Virus record (IMG/VR): IMGVR_UViG_3300043444_000048
Coordinates: 1-59,733 of that record
DNA length: 59,733 nt
DNA from: a virus
Lineage: Duplodnaviria; Caudoviricetes
Strand: one strand, 5' to 3'
The notes under the pieces are model-generated. The model searched no databases and had not been told where the DNA came from. It saw only the letters and a program-made list of their open reading frames with translations. This document shows positions 25,764 to 34,918 of the stretch, in pieces. The position numbers were made by a program, and so were the translations under genes. Position 1 is the stretch's first letter, and each line of letters begins with the position of its first letter.

Positions 25764-27397
25764 TGGAACAAGAATATCAGATTCCAATTGTTGGTGCATC
25801 ACTACCTGACTTTCAGCCAGTAGAAAATGTTTTTAAATCTCAAGATCCCTTTAACAAGACTTGGGATAGGCTAAGAGACCTCTCTGGTCTAGAAAAAAAC
25901 TTTAAGCGTAGGTCAGATAGGATTGCCAAGGTATATGACGAAGCTGTTGCAAACAACGTTGATGTAAATTCACTTGGATACCTAGATAGTGCTCTAGCAA
26001 TTAGTTCTGGTAGAGATGATGCAAAGTCAAAAGAGATTAACCCAGGAAACGTCTATCGCAACGGGTACGGCATGTTTGACGTGATTACTCCACCATGGAA
26101 CCTGTACGAGCTTGCAAACTACTACGACACATCTTTTGCTAACCACGCAGCAATTGACGCTAAGGTAGAAAATATTGTTGGCCTTGGCTATGACTTTTTC
26201 CCAACTCAGGCAACCGTTATGGCTCTAGAGGATAACGACTCAGAGACTGCCAGAGACAAGGCTAGACGTAGAATTGAAAGAACCAAGGCAGAGCTTAGAA
26301 ACTGGCTTGAGAGTCTAAATGACGATGATTCGTTTACAAATACTATGACTAAGTTTTTTACAGACGTTCAGTCTACTGGTAATGGATACCTAGAAATTGG
26401 TAGAACAACGAGCGGTGCCATTGGATACGTTGGCCACATTCCATCAACAACCATGCGTGTTCGTAGGCTGCGTGATGGGTATGTTCAGATTATTGGAAAT
26501 AAGGTAGTTTACTTTAGAAATTTCGGGGCAACGAACCAAAACCCAGTAACTGCTGATCCAAGACCAAATGAGATTCTTCACTATAAGGAATACTCTCCGC
26601 TAAATACTTTCTATGGTGTCCCAGATATCATGTCTGCTATTAGCTCTCTACATGGAGATCAGTTGGCATCACAGTATAACATTGACTACTTCAGCAATAA
26701 AGCTGTGCCACGTTATGTTGTAACTCTTAAGGGTGCTAAGCTATCTGCCGATGCCGAGGATAAGCTATTCAGATTCCTGCAGGCTAACCTTCGTGGGCAG
26801 AGTCACAGAACTCTATATATCCCACTCCCAGGAGACTCTGACCAAAACAAGGTAGAGTTTGACATGAAGCCTATTGAGAATGGTGTCCAAGAGGCATCAT
26901 TTAACGACTACCGTCTTCGCAATCGTGACGATATCCTAGTTGCTCACCAGGTCCCTCTGTCTAAGATTGGTGGCGGAGATTCTTCTGCTATCGCAGCTGC
27001 ACTAGCTCAAGACCGTACCTTTAAAGAGCAGGTAGCTAGACCAGCCCAGCGTAATCTAGAAAAGATGATCAATAAGATCATTCGTGAAAAAACAGATATC
27101 GTAGAGTTTAAATTCAACGAGCTAACCCTTACAGATGAAATTGCTCAGTCACAGATTCTTGAAAGATACGTCAAGACTCAGATCATGGTTCCTAATGAGG
27201 CCAGACAGGTTCTTGGACTTCCTCAAAGACCAGATGGAGATGATCCATTTGAGATGACATCTCGTCAGTCTGCTGATGCTAGAGCAAACACTGCTGGCAA
27301 CAGGCAAAGAGATGCAGAGCGAACAAATAATAATTCAGACAGCCCAAGCACAATTAGTGGAAGAAACCCACAGGGTGAAGGCAATTCTTCAGCATAA
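25763..27397 (+). CDS. Portal protein
   Basis: GNGYLEI, NEILHYK, YGVPDI, YFSNKAVP and PNEARQVLGLP motifs; directly upstream of protease and capsid. Confidence 0.92.
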   Translation: MEQEYQIPIVGASLPDFQPVENVFKSQDPFNKTWDRLRDLSGLEKNFKRRSDRIAKVYDEAVANNVDVNSLGYLDSALAISSGRDDAKSKEINPGNVYRNGYGMFDVITPPWNLYELANYYDTSFANHAAIDAKVENIVGLGYDFFPTQATVMALEDNDSETARDKARRRIERTKAELRNWLESLNDDDSFTNTMTKFFTDVQSTGNGYLEIGRTTSGAIGYVGHIPSTTMRVRRLRDGYVQIIGNKVVYFRNFGATNQNPVTADPRPNEILHYKEYSPLNTFYGVPDIMSAISSLHGDQLASQYNIDYFSNKAVPRYVVTLKGAKLSADAEDKLFRFLQANLRGQSHRTLYIPLPGDSDQNKVEFDMKPIENGVQEASFNDYRLRNRDDILVAHQVPLSKIGGGDSSAIAAALAQDRTFKEQVARPAQRNLEKMINKIIREKTDIVEFKFNELTLTDEIAQSQILERYVKTQIMVPNEARQVLGLPQRPDGDDPFEMTSRQSADARANTAGNRQRDAERTNNNSDSPSTISGRNPQGEGNSSA

Positions 27398-27458
27398 ATT
27401 TTTAAAAAATGTTATAATATATTAATATTTGAAAAAAGTAAGGTATAATAAAACTACC

Positions 27459-28805
27459 ATGGCAATAAACAAGGTCCAGCTGGACACCAATGGCGACAAT
27501 GTTCGCCTATCAGTCCCTTTTAGTAAGGTCGACGTTGAGAGACGCATTGTCTCTGGTTTTGCCACACTCGATAACGTAGACAAGCAGGCCGACATTGTTA
27601 CAGCTGAAGCTAGCCTCAAGGCATTCTCTAAGTTCAAGGGTAACATTCGTGAAATGCACCAGCCTGTATCTGTAGGCAAGATGGTAGCTTTTAAAGAGGA
27701 TAAGTACTTCGATCCACAGTCAAAGAAGTTCTATTCTGGTATTTACGTTTCTGCATATGTATCAAAGGGTGCTCAGAACACTTGGGAAAAGGTTCTTGAC
27801 GGCACCCTTTCTGGCTTCTCTATTGGCGGAAGAATGAACAAGTACGATGATGCTTATAATGCAGACATCGACAAGACTGTAAGAATTATTAAAGACTACG
27901 ACCTAGTCGAGCTATCTCTAGTTGACAATCCTGCAAACCAGTTTGCCAACATTCTATCAATTGAAAAGGTTGATGGCGTTGACACCCTAAAGGGAGAGAA
28001 TGCTGACACTGAGCTTGAGAATGTTTTCTGGGACAAGGAAAACGGTATCGTAGTACTTTCTGAAAACGACACTGAGGAAAGCCCTATTAGTGGCACCCAG
28101 ATGGAGAATATAGGTTTCGTTGAAAAGAATGACAGCGAAAAAACAGAAATGATAAAGTTCTTGGTAGATAGTGCTAAAGGCATTAGCTCTGAGATAACTA
28201 AGGAGGTAAGTCCTATGACTGACACAACTGAAAACACAGTTGAGACTACAGCAGAAGATGTAGTAGTCGAAACAGCAGAGGTCGCTCCAGAGGCAGATGC
28301 CGAAGTTGAGAAGTCTGACAATGTAGCAGAAGAGTCAACAGAATCAGCAGAAGATGTTTCTAAGGCTGACGAGGTTGAGGATGCTGCAGTAGCAGAAGAT
28401 GAGACAGTAGAGGCAGATGCAACTTCTGAGTCTACAGAGGCAACTTCTGAAGATGCTGCATCAGACGATGAAGTATCTAAGTCAGATGACGTTGCTTCGG
28501 CTGAGATGATTGCCGATCTAAAGAGCAACATCGCAACAGCCTTTAGCGATCTAAGCGAAGTAGTAAAGTCGTTGCACGGCGAAATTACAGAGCTAAAGAA
28601 GTCACTAAATCTAGCAAATGCTAAGCTTTCAGATGCAGAGCGTGACTTTGAAGAATTTGGTAAGCGAATGGATGCCGTTGAGGCTGACACTGCTTTCCGT
28701 AAGTCTGGCGATCTAGGCGAGATCGTACAGGAAACTCAGATTAGAAAGTCTGAGCAATCCCCTTGGGGCGGTCGTTTCCTCAAAACTACCGACTTATTTC
28801 GATAA
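27459..28805 (+). CDS. HK97-family prohead protease fused to scaffold domain
   Basis: RIVSGFA, REMHQ (His), GFSIGG (Ser), LVELSLVDNPAN; acidic and coiled-coil C-terminal half. Start reassigned to ATG 27459. Confidence 0.92.
   Translation: MAINKVQLDTNGDNVRLSVPFSKVDVERRIVSGFATLDNVDKQADIVTAEASLKAFSKFKGNIREMHQPVSVGKMVAFKEDKYFDPQSKKFYSGIYVSAYVSKGAQNTWEKVLDGTLSGFSIGGRMNKYDDAYNADIDKTVRIIKDYDLVELSLVDNPANQFANILSIEKVDGVDTLKGENADTELENVFWDKENGIVVLSENDTEESPISGTQMENIGFVEKNDSEKTEMIKFLVDSAKGISSEITKEVSPMTDTTENTVETTAEDVVVETAEVAPEADAEVEKSDNVAEESTESAEDVSKADEVEDAAVAEDETVEADATSESTEATSEDAASDDEVSKSDDVASAEMIADLKSNIATAFSDLSEVVKSLHGEITELKKSLNLANAKLSDAERDFEEFGKRMDAVEADTAFRKSGDLGEIVQETQIRKSEQSPWGGRFLKTTDLFR
28215..28805 (+). 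CDS. Nested in-frame scaffolding protein (196 aa)
   Basis: Perfect SD TAAGGAGGT at 28199-28207 before an in-frame ATG; TGATAAAGT extended -10 at 28150-28158. Confidence 0.7.
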   Translation: MTDTTENTVETTAEDVVVETAEVAPEADAEVEKSDNVAEESTESAEDVSKADEVEDAAVAEDETVEADATSESTEATSEDAASDDEVSKSDDVASAEMIADLKSNIATAFSDLSEVVKSLHGEITELKKSLNLANAKLSDAERDFEEFGKRMDAVEADTAFRKSGDLGEIVQETQIRKSEQSPWGGRFLKTTDLFR

Positions 28806-28831
28806 TAAGCAATCACTTAGGAGGTGACAAT

Positions 28832-29941
28832 ATGTCGGAAGAGATTATTAAAAACTATCCAGATGCCGATGGAAACCCAACTGTAAATGGTGAGGGTGCT
28901 TTTGCGTCTGGTGGCATTGGCGGTGTGACTGATCCAGGTGCTAGCACCTTGGGCAACATTCCAACTGCTAACTTTGGTGTAACTTCTGGGCCAAATGCCG
29001 TAAATCCTTCGGGTGATGCAGCAAGCGGTATCCTCCGTCCTGAGCAAGCACGTCGTTTTATCGACTATGTTTGGGACGCTACAGTTCTCGCCAAGGATGG
29101 TCGCAGAGTAACTATGCGAGCCAACACCATGGAACTTGAGAAGGTTAACGTAGGTGAGCGTGTTATCCGTGCAGCTGCTCAGGCAGACGCTGGTTACACA
29201 AACACTGGTGCGACATTCTCAAAGGTTGAGCTAACCACAAAGAAGATTCGTCTAGACTGGGAAGTCTCAGCTGAGGCACTTGAAGACAACGTCGAAGGTG
29301 CAGCACTTGAGGATCACCTAGTTCGTTTGATGACAAATGCATTCGCAAATGACATCGAAGACCTAGCAATCAACGGTACTGGTACTGGTAATGACGCATT
29401 CTTGGCAATTATGCCTGGTTTCGTCAAGAAGGCACAGGATGGCGATGCACACGAGGCTATTGTAACAGTAGCTGACAATGCATGGACTCCAGAGGTAATG
29501 CAGAGCATTATCCTTGCTATGCCACGTAAGTACCGTGCACTTAAGAACAACCTTAAGTTCTACGCAGGCACAGATGCATTCCAGGGTATCGTTAAGCACA
29601 ACGGTACACTAGCTGACGCTATTGCTGAGGCTTTTGGTTCTGCAGCTAACACCGAGCGTAACGCTCAGGCTTACCTAGACGGCGTTGGCCAGACATTTGG
29701 TGGTGCACGTACCACCCGTGTTCTTGGCATCGACGTTCAGGAAGTACCTTACTACCCTAATGGTTTTGTAGACCTGACATTCCCAGCCAACCGTGTTTGG
29801 GGATTCCAGCGTGACATCACCGTTAACCGTGAGTACAAGCCAAAGAAGGACACCATTGAGTACACCGTATTCGTACGTTTCGGTATTCAGTGGGAGGAAG
29901 AGGATGCAATCGCATTTGCTGACGCAGCTGCGGATGCCTAA
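28832..29941 (+). CDS. Major capsid protein (HK97 fold)
   Basis: GILRPEQARRFID, ALEDNVEG and ANDIEDLAINGTG motifs; SD AGGAGGT before ATG 28832; followed by a terminator. Confidence 0.92.
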   Translation: MSEEIIKNYPDADGNPTVNGEGAFASGGIGGVTDPGASTLGNIPTANFGVTSGPNAVNPSGDAASGILRPEQARRFIDYVWDATVLAKDGRRVTMRANTMELEKVNVGERVIRAAAQADAGYTNTGATFSKVELTTKKIRLDWEVSAEALEDNVEGAALEDHLVRLMTNAFANDIEDLAINGTGTGNDAFLAIMPGFVKKAQDGDAHEAIVTVADNAWTPEVMQSIILAMPRKYRALKNNLKFYAGTDAFQGIVKHNGTLADAIAEAFGSAANTERNAQAYLDGVGQTFGGARTTRVLGIDVQEVPYYPNGFVDLTFPANRVWGFQRDITVNREYKPKKDTIEYTVFVRFGIQWEEEDAIAFADAAADA

Positions 29942-29960
29942 TCCATAGATCCTTTTGAAA

Positions 29961-29995
29961 GGGGGCGGAGGCTAACTGGCCTCTGCCCCTTATTC
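29961..29995 (+). terminator. Intrinsic terminator after capsid gene
   Basis: GGGGCGGAGGC-taactg-GCCTCTGCCCC stem followed by TTATT. Confidence 0.75.
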
Positions 29996-30036
29996 ATTAA
30001 TCTGTTATAATTATTAAGACAAATTAAGGAGAAAAT

Positions 30037-30492
30037 ATGTCAGAAGAAATTAAGATTGAAGACAATGTTGCTCCAGAAGTGGTAGAAGAGGTTGTTGCCC
30101 CTGCTCCAGTAGAAGAGCTAGATGTCGTTGCAGAGCCAGAAGCGGTTGTTGAGGATATTGCCCCAGCAGCAGAAACTTCAGAGGTATCTGTAGAGGAAGA
30201 CAATGTAGTATCTTCAAAGCTTCCAGAGGTAAAGGCAGAGCCTAAGCCATCGCTGGATGCAAAGTCTGGAGTGTTCAAGGCAAAAGAGCCAAAGAAGAAG
30301 GCAGTTAAGGAAGAGCCAGCAGTTAAGACTGTTGCAGTTTATTCTGGAAAGAACCTTCACTGGGCAGGCGTTGGTAGCCTTGTCCGTGGCTACTCTATCG
30401 TTTCTGAGGCTATCGCTGAAAAGTGGATTGCTAAGAGCAGCAACGTTAGACTTGCAACACCAGAAGAAGTCGCCAAGGAGTTCGGTCTCTAA
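30037..30492 (+). CDS. Hypothetical head-associated protein
   Basis: Acidic E/V/P-rich N-terminus and compact C-terminal domain (VRLATPEEVAKEFG); SD AGGAG. Confidence 0.7.
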   Translation: MSEEIKIEDNVAPEVVEEVVAPAPVEELDVVAEPEAVVEDIAPAAETSEVSVEEDNVVSSKLPEVKAEPKPSLDAKSGVFKAKEPKKKAVKEEPAVKTVAVYSGKNLHWAGVGSLVRGYSIVSEAIAEKWIAKSSNVRLATPEEVAKEFGL

Positions 30493-31370
30493 TGGAGATA
30501 TTGAGGGTTCCGCCATATAACTTGTCTGTAACTATTGAGGTGACTAATCCTGTCACAGAATATAGCTACAAGATTACGGATATGGCGGACCTCTCAACTT
30601 CCAGCGGTACTGTAACTTCTAACTCGTCTGCAAATGTAACAATAAGCCTCCCGTCAAAGTATGATGGCTTATATACAGTATCAGTAGATGGAGAAGACCA
30701 CCTAGTCGATGTTGTTAGACCATACGTTGATCCAACTACAAAGGGATCCACAGCATCTGAGGTTGCCCAGTTTGCAGCAAATGAACAGCTGGCTAGAGCA
30801 ATTATTGACTCCGTTATTCTTGACGGATTTTATTACAAGAAAAAGGTAGTAGAGCTTACAGGTTTGGGTGCTGACTACCTGCCAATTTGGCAAAACTCAT
30901 ACAAACTATTGAGACTGCATGAAAACAACGTACTAGTGTTTGATGCAGATACCCCAGAAGATTTTGCAGTTCACTATGAGCTGACTGAAGATAGATTCGC
31001 TATCAAAGAAAAGTATGCAGGAACATTTAACAGAAATGAAGCTGCCCCAAACATTCTACCAGCTACACCATCAGACATTATTGATATGAAGTATGGCTTT
31101 AGAGGCTTTGCTAAAGGATTTGACTATAAGGCAGTTCTAGAGGTGGGGTATAAGAGAATTCCACAGGATATCGTTAGAGCAACCCAGCTTCTGATAGACG
31201 ATATTGCTTGTGGCAAGCTAGACTATTACAAGAGATATATCACAGACTATAATACTGACCAGTTCAAGCTAAAGTTTGATAGTGCAGTATTTAATGGAAC
31301 AGGCAATCTTCTTGTTGATAAGATTCTTTCTAAGTATATGATTTCGATAAGAAATATTGGAGTGCTGTAA
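30492..31370 (+). CDS. Head-tail connector/adaptor protein
   Basis: ARAIIDS and GYKRIPQDIVRATQLLI motifs; position after capsid. Confidence 0.7.
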   Translation: MEILRVPPYNLSVTIEVTNPVTEYSYKITDMADLSTSSGTVTSNSSANVTISLPSKYDGLYTVSVDGEDHLVDVVRPYVDPTTKGSTASEVAQFAANEQLARAIIDSVILDGFYYKKKVVELTGLGADYLPIWQNSYKLLRLHENNVLVFDADTPEDFAVHYELTEDRFAIKEKYAGTFNRNEAAPNILPATPSDIIDMKYGFRGFAKGFDYKAVLEVGYKRIPQDIVRATQLLIDDIACGKLDYYKRYITDYNTDQFKLKFDSAVFNGTGNLLVDKILSKYMISIRNIGVL

Positions 31371-31819
31371 TGTCATGCGGAGAACTGACTGATTTCTCAT
31401 TCCCCATGGAAGCTGATGTTTACTATCCAATAGTTGAACAGGGTGCTCTAGGTAACGTTAAAAAGACCTGGGTTCTAGATAGATCCATTGGATGTAGCTT
31501 TAATCCAGCTGGCAGTGCCTTTAAAGAAGAGGTTAAGCCAAATGTAAACATTACTCAGTCTGGCCTTTTAATAGGTAGGGTAAGGGAAGACATTCGGATT
31601 TCTAGTCGTGAAGCTAATAATGCAATCACTAACGTAATTATTACTAACATCAGAGATAAGCATTGTAATCCAATCTATGTAGAGACATCTGGTCCAAGAG
31701 CAGGAAAGTCAACTATTTTTGAGATTGCCACCAATGAGCCATTTGTGGGGCCATTTGGGAATGTGGAGTACCACAAGCTAATCATTAGGCGATCGGAAAA
31801 CCAGGCGGTAGACATCTAA
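31370..31819 (+). CDS. Head closure/stopper protein
   Basis: Size, beta-rich sequence and synteny in the neck module. Confidence 0.55.
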   Translation: MSCGELTDFSFPMEADVYYPIVEQGALGNVKKTWVLDRSIGCSFNPAGSAFKEEVKPNVNITQSGLLIGRVREDIRISSREANNAITNVIITNIRDKHCNPIYVETSGPRAGKSTIFEIATNEPFVGPFGNVEYHKLIIRRSENQAVDI

Positions 31820-32490
31820 TGATTTCGGTTAAGTTTAATTCAAAACAGTTTATGAAAGAAATGAACAACCTAACAGGATATGCTACAGGCTTTTTGGATG
31901 GTGTAAAGCTTGGACACCCAGGATTCCTAAAGTCTTTTGGTGAATCTACACTAGAGGCACTTAGGAACTATATTGACTCTAATGCTAGAGTAAATCCACA
32001 GCTTTTGCACCACGTCTATGAATGGAATCAAACTGGATCTCCAGATGCTAGACTGTTCAATTTGCAGTGCAATGTCACAGGCGTAGGTATGACGTTCTCT
32101 TCTACATTTAGACAATCTTCTGTAATTAAGGAAGGCTCAAGAGTGCCATTCTTTGACAAGGCTAGAATTATGGAAGAGGGTACTCCAGTTACAATTATTC
32201 CTAAGAATAGAGTTCTAGCATTTACTGACGACAATGGCGAAGAAGTCTTTACCAGTAAGCCTGTTAGAGTTCAAAATCCTGGCGGTAACGTTGCAGGGGA
32301 ATACGAAAAAGTCTTTGACTCATTCTTTAATAGATACTTCACTCAAGCATTTATGTCAGCTAGTGGCATTACTGCTTATTTGTCTAACCCACTAGACTTT
32401 GATCGCTACCTATCTAATGGTAAGAGACGTGGTAGGGCAGAGGGTCTTAAAGTTGGACAAGCTTGGATTCAGAAGGCAGGTGTTCTATAA
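31819..32490 (+). CDS. Neck protein (HK97 gp10-like position)
   Basis: Synteny; ARIMEEGT motif. Confidence 0.5.
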   Translation: MISVKFNSKQFMKEMNNLTGYATGFLDGVKLGHPGFLKSFGESTLEALRNYIDSNARVNPQLLHHVYEWNQTGSPDARLFNLQCNVTGVGMTFSSTFRQSSVIKEGSRVPFFDKARIMEEGTPVTIIPKNRVLAFTDDNGEEVFTSKPVRVQNPGGNVAGEYEKVFDSFFNRYFTQAFMSASGITAYLSNPLDFDRYLSNGKRRGRAEGLKVGQAWIQKAGVL

Positions 32491-33026
32491 TGGCTTTGCA
32501 CTACCCACCAATTTTTATAAATGACTATCTTCAGGAAAAGATTAGTGAGGCCTTTACGCAAGATGGAAATAGGTTCGGTTTTTCCATGCCATTCTTTCCA
32601 GTAGGTCCATCAGACATTGAGCAGCTTACAGAAACATTTCCAGAGGGAATGTATGCCGTATATGACAGAATGTTTAAGATGCGTAGAAAAGCTTTCCCAC
32701 ATATTAGGGACGAGCAGTTGCTGTATTATTTCTATAAGATGTCTGGAGATCCAGAAAGACTTATAGATGTTACTCAGGTGGTTGCAGATTTACTAGACAA
32801 TGGCGATGAGTCTGCCCAAGACCTAAATGCTTGGATTGAGTCTAAGCTTCAAAATGGGGTATATGTAAAGCCAAACGGGGCGACTACAAAAGAGTTCCTG
32901 CCAGTATTTTTTCATGAGATTAAGATCTACCAGCTTGAAGAGACTAGGGACATCATTGATTTCGGCACTGCCAGAACCTACGCTGGCAATAAAATAATTA
33001 TTGATTACTGCTACCACAAAAACTAG
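32490..33026 (+). CDS. Tail terminator/completion protein
   Basis: Directly precedes the tail tube gene; start reassigned to the TAATG-coupled ATG 32490. Confidence 0.55.
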   Translation: MALHYPPIFINDYLQEKISEAFTQDGNRFGFSMPFFPVGPSDIEQLTETFPEGMYAVYDRMFKMRRKAFPHIRDEQLLYYFYKMSGDPERLIDVTQVVADLLDNGDESAQDLNAWIESKLQNGVYVKPNGATTKEFLPVFFHEIKIYQLEETRDIIDFGTARTYAGNKIIIDYCYHKN

Positions 33027-33105
33027 GTTATCCTACAAAAGGTGGTATACTTATCTTGAGGAAACAGCCCCTTTTACTAGTATAAGGAAAAAGAGGTGAA
33101 AAAAT

Positions 33106-33768
33106 ATGCCAAACTACAATCGTGGAGATAGCAAGCAGATCATCGTTGGTGCTGCTGCACTTTTTGCTGCAGACACTACACTAGATGCTGACGTATTGCC
33201 AGCTGCCGTTAACGGTGCTAGCTACAAGGAAACCCTTTCGGACCCTCTAAACACAGAGGTAACCGATCTTGGTATCCGTAACGTAGGTTACACTATGAAC
33301 GGTCTAGAGCTACAGTTCCAGCCTGACTTCGGTGAGGTTCAGGTTGACCAGGTTCTTGACGTTGCCAAGCTTTACAAGCAGGGTATGCAGGTTAACCTAA
33401 ACACAACCTTCGCAGAGGCAACTCTGGAGAACTTGCTTTTTGCAATCGCAGGCCAGGACGAAGACAAGACTTCGGCCAACGCTTGGGGTACAGGAAGCAT
33501 GCAGCTAGACCTTTCTGCTGGTGACATCGGTGAATGTCCAGTAGAGCGTGGTCTCATTGCTGTTGGTCCTGGCACAGGTGACTGTGAAGCAGGAACAAGC
33601 AAGGAGCGTATCTATGTTGCTTACCGTGCACTCTCAATCGAGAGCGTAACAGTATCAGCAAAGCGTGACGAAGCAACAATGTTCGAAGTTTCGTTCCGTC
33701 TGCTACCAGAAGACGCATCAGGTTCATACGGTAAGATCGTTGATCGTACCATCCCAGCTGCAGCTTAA
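33106..33768 (+). CDS. Major tail tube protein
   Basis: IIVGAAALF, VGYTMNGL, VQVDQ, TTFAEATLENL and FEVSFRLLP motifs; own promoter, SD and terminator. Confidence 0.88.
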   Translation: MPNYNRGDSKQIIVGAAALFAADTTLDADVLPAAVNGASYKETLSDPLNTEVTDLGIRNVGYTMNGLELQFQPDFGEVQVDQVLDVAKLYKQGMQVNLNTTFAEATLENLLFAIAGQDEDKTSANAWGTGSMQLDLSAGDIGECPVERGLIAVGPGTGDCEAGTSKERIYVAYRALSIESVTVSAKRDEATMFEVSFRLLPEDASGSYGKIVDRTIPAAA

Positions 33769-33786
33769 TCTATAACTTAATAAAAG

Positions 33787-33821
33787 ACTGCCTCGACTTC
33801 GGTCGGGGCAGTTTTATTTTT
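33787..33821 (+). terminator. Intrinsic terminator after tail tube gene
   Basis: ACTGCCTCGAC-TTCG-GTCGGGGCAGT followed by TTTATTTTT; UUCG tetraloop. Confidence 0.9.
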
Positions 33822-33835
33822 GGTACAATATATTA

Positions 33836-34534
33836 ATGTCAAATACAATATACGAGTCAGCAACGATAGAAGCAATCGACGGAACTCAGATATACATAAC
33901 TCCTCTAAAGATAAAGTACATGAGAGACTTTATGAAAGAGTTTGAGTCAGTAAAAGGTTCTCAGAACGATGACGAAGCCATCAGTCATCTGGTAAGATGT
34001 GCAACAATTGCTATGAGGCAATACTATCCAGAGATCAAGACAGAGGATCAGTTTGAAGACAACTTTGATCTGAAGACAGTTTATAAGATTTTGGAGATTG
34101 CAGCAGGCATCAAGTTCACAAAGGCTGCAGAACAAAAAGAAGTAGAAGACGTAGCAAAACAAGCCAGTAATCAAAAGGGTGGCTCTTGGTCTGAGCTAGA
34201 CCTGGCTAGGCTAGAGTCAGAAGTATTTTTGCTGGGTATCTGGAAAGACTATGAAGATTTAGAGACATCTCTCTCTATGCCAGAGTTGACAGCGGTACTC
34301 AATGCAAAGAGAGAAGCTGACTATGATCACAAAAAGTTCTTGGCTGCTATTCAAGGAATCGACCTAGATAAGCAAAGAGGAAACAGTCGGAATGAGTGGG
34401 AGGATCTAAAGGCTAGAGTCTTTAGTAAAGGCAAGACTTCAAATAGCGATGACATTGTTTCACTGCAAGGAGCTAATGCCCAGAAGGCTGGTTTTGGTAT
34501 AGGACTGGGCCTAGACTACGAAGATATGGGCTGA
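33836..34534 (+). CDS. Tail assembly chaperone, long (gpGT-like) form
   Basis: Lies between tube and TMP; first ~90 aa paralogous to the next gene, plus a ~140 aa C-terminal extension. Confidence 0.75.
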   Translation: MSNTIYESATIEAIDGTQIYITPLKIKYMRDFMKEFESVKGSQNDDEAISHLVRCATIAMRQYYPEIKTEDQFEDNFDLKTVYKILEIAAGIKFTKAAEQKEVEDVAKQASNQKGGSWSELDLARLESEVFLLGIWKDYEDLETSLSMPELTAVLNAKREADYDHKKFLAAIQGIDLDKQRGNSRNEWEDLKARVFSKGKTSNSDDIVSLQGANAQKAGFGIGLGLDYEDMG

Positions 34535-34586
34535 TTTAGAAACTTGATTATGTTATAATTAAGAGGTCAAATATGAGAGGAAATAA

Positions 34587-34898
34587 ATGACAACTACAAT
34601 TAATGAAAAGAAGACAGTTAGCCTTCTAGATGGTACCGAGATTGAGGTGCGTCCGCTGAAGATTTCTCTTCTACGTGACTTCATGAAGAACTTCGAAAAG
34701 CTTGCAGAAGTTTCAGAAGACAACGAAGCTTCAATGGATGTGCTCATGGAGTGTGTCCGCATTGCCTTGACTCAGTACAAGCCAGAGCTTGCTGCTGATG
34801 CAAAGGTTCTAGAAGACAACCTGGACCTTCCAACAGTCTACAAGATCGTTGAAGAGGCTTCAGGAAACGCTTCGCTATTTAACAACTTTAACAAGTAA
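34587..34898 (+). CDS. Tail assembly chaperone, short (gpG-like) form
   Basis: DGTEI...PLKI...RDFMK.FE...EDNLDLPTVYKI; own promoter and SD. Confidence 0.75.
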   Translation: MTTTINEKKTVSLLDGTEIEVRPLKISLLRDFMKNFEKLAEVSEDNEASMDVLMECVRIALTQYKPELAADAKVLEDNLDLPTVYKIVEEASGNASLFNNFNK

Positions 34899-34918
34899 AT
34901 TACTGGGGGTGCCGATGA

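Noticed and set aside
27896-28690. 264 aa antisense ORF and the other alternate-frame ORFs in the track (e.g. 35683-36165, 42883-43362, 58177-58713)
   Set aside because: These are shadows of biased-codon or low-complexity sense genes, with no RBS, promoter or recognisable motifs.
34572-34579. TATGAGAG upstream of the short chaperone as a target of the candidate sRNA loop (CTCTCATA)
   Set aside because: An 8 nt match is expected about once by chance in a window this size.
33836-34918. Programmed -1 frameshift in the tail chaperone locus
   Set aside because: No convincing slippery heptamer at the end of the short gene and no downstream overlapping frame before the TMP.
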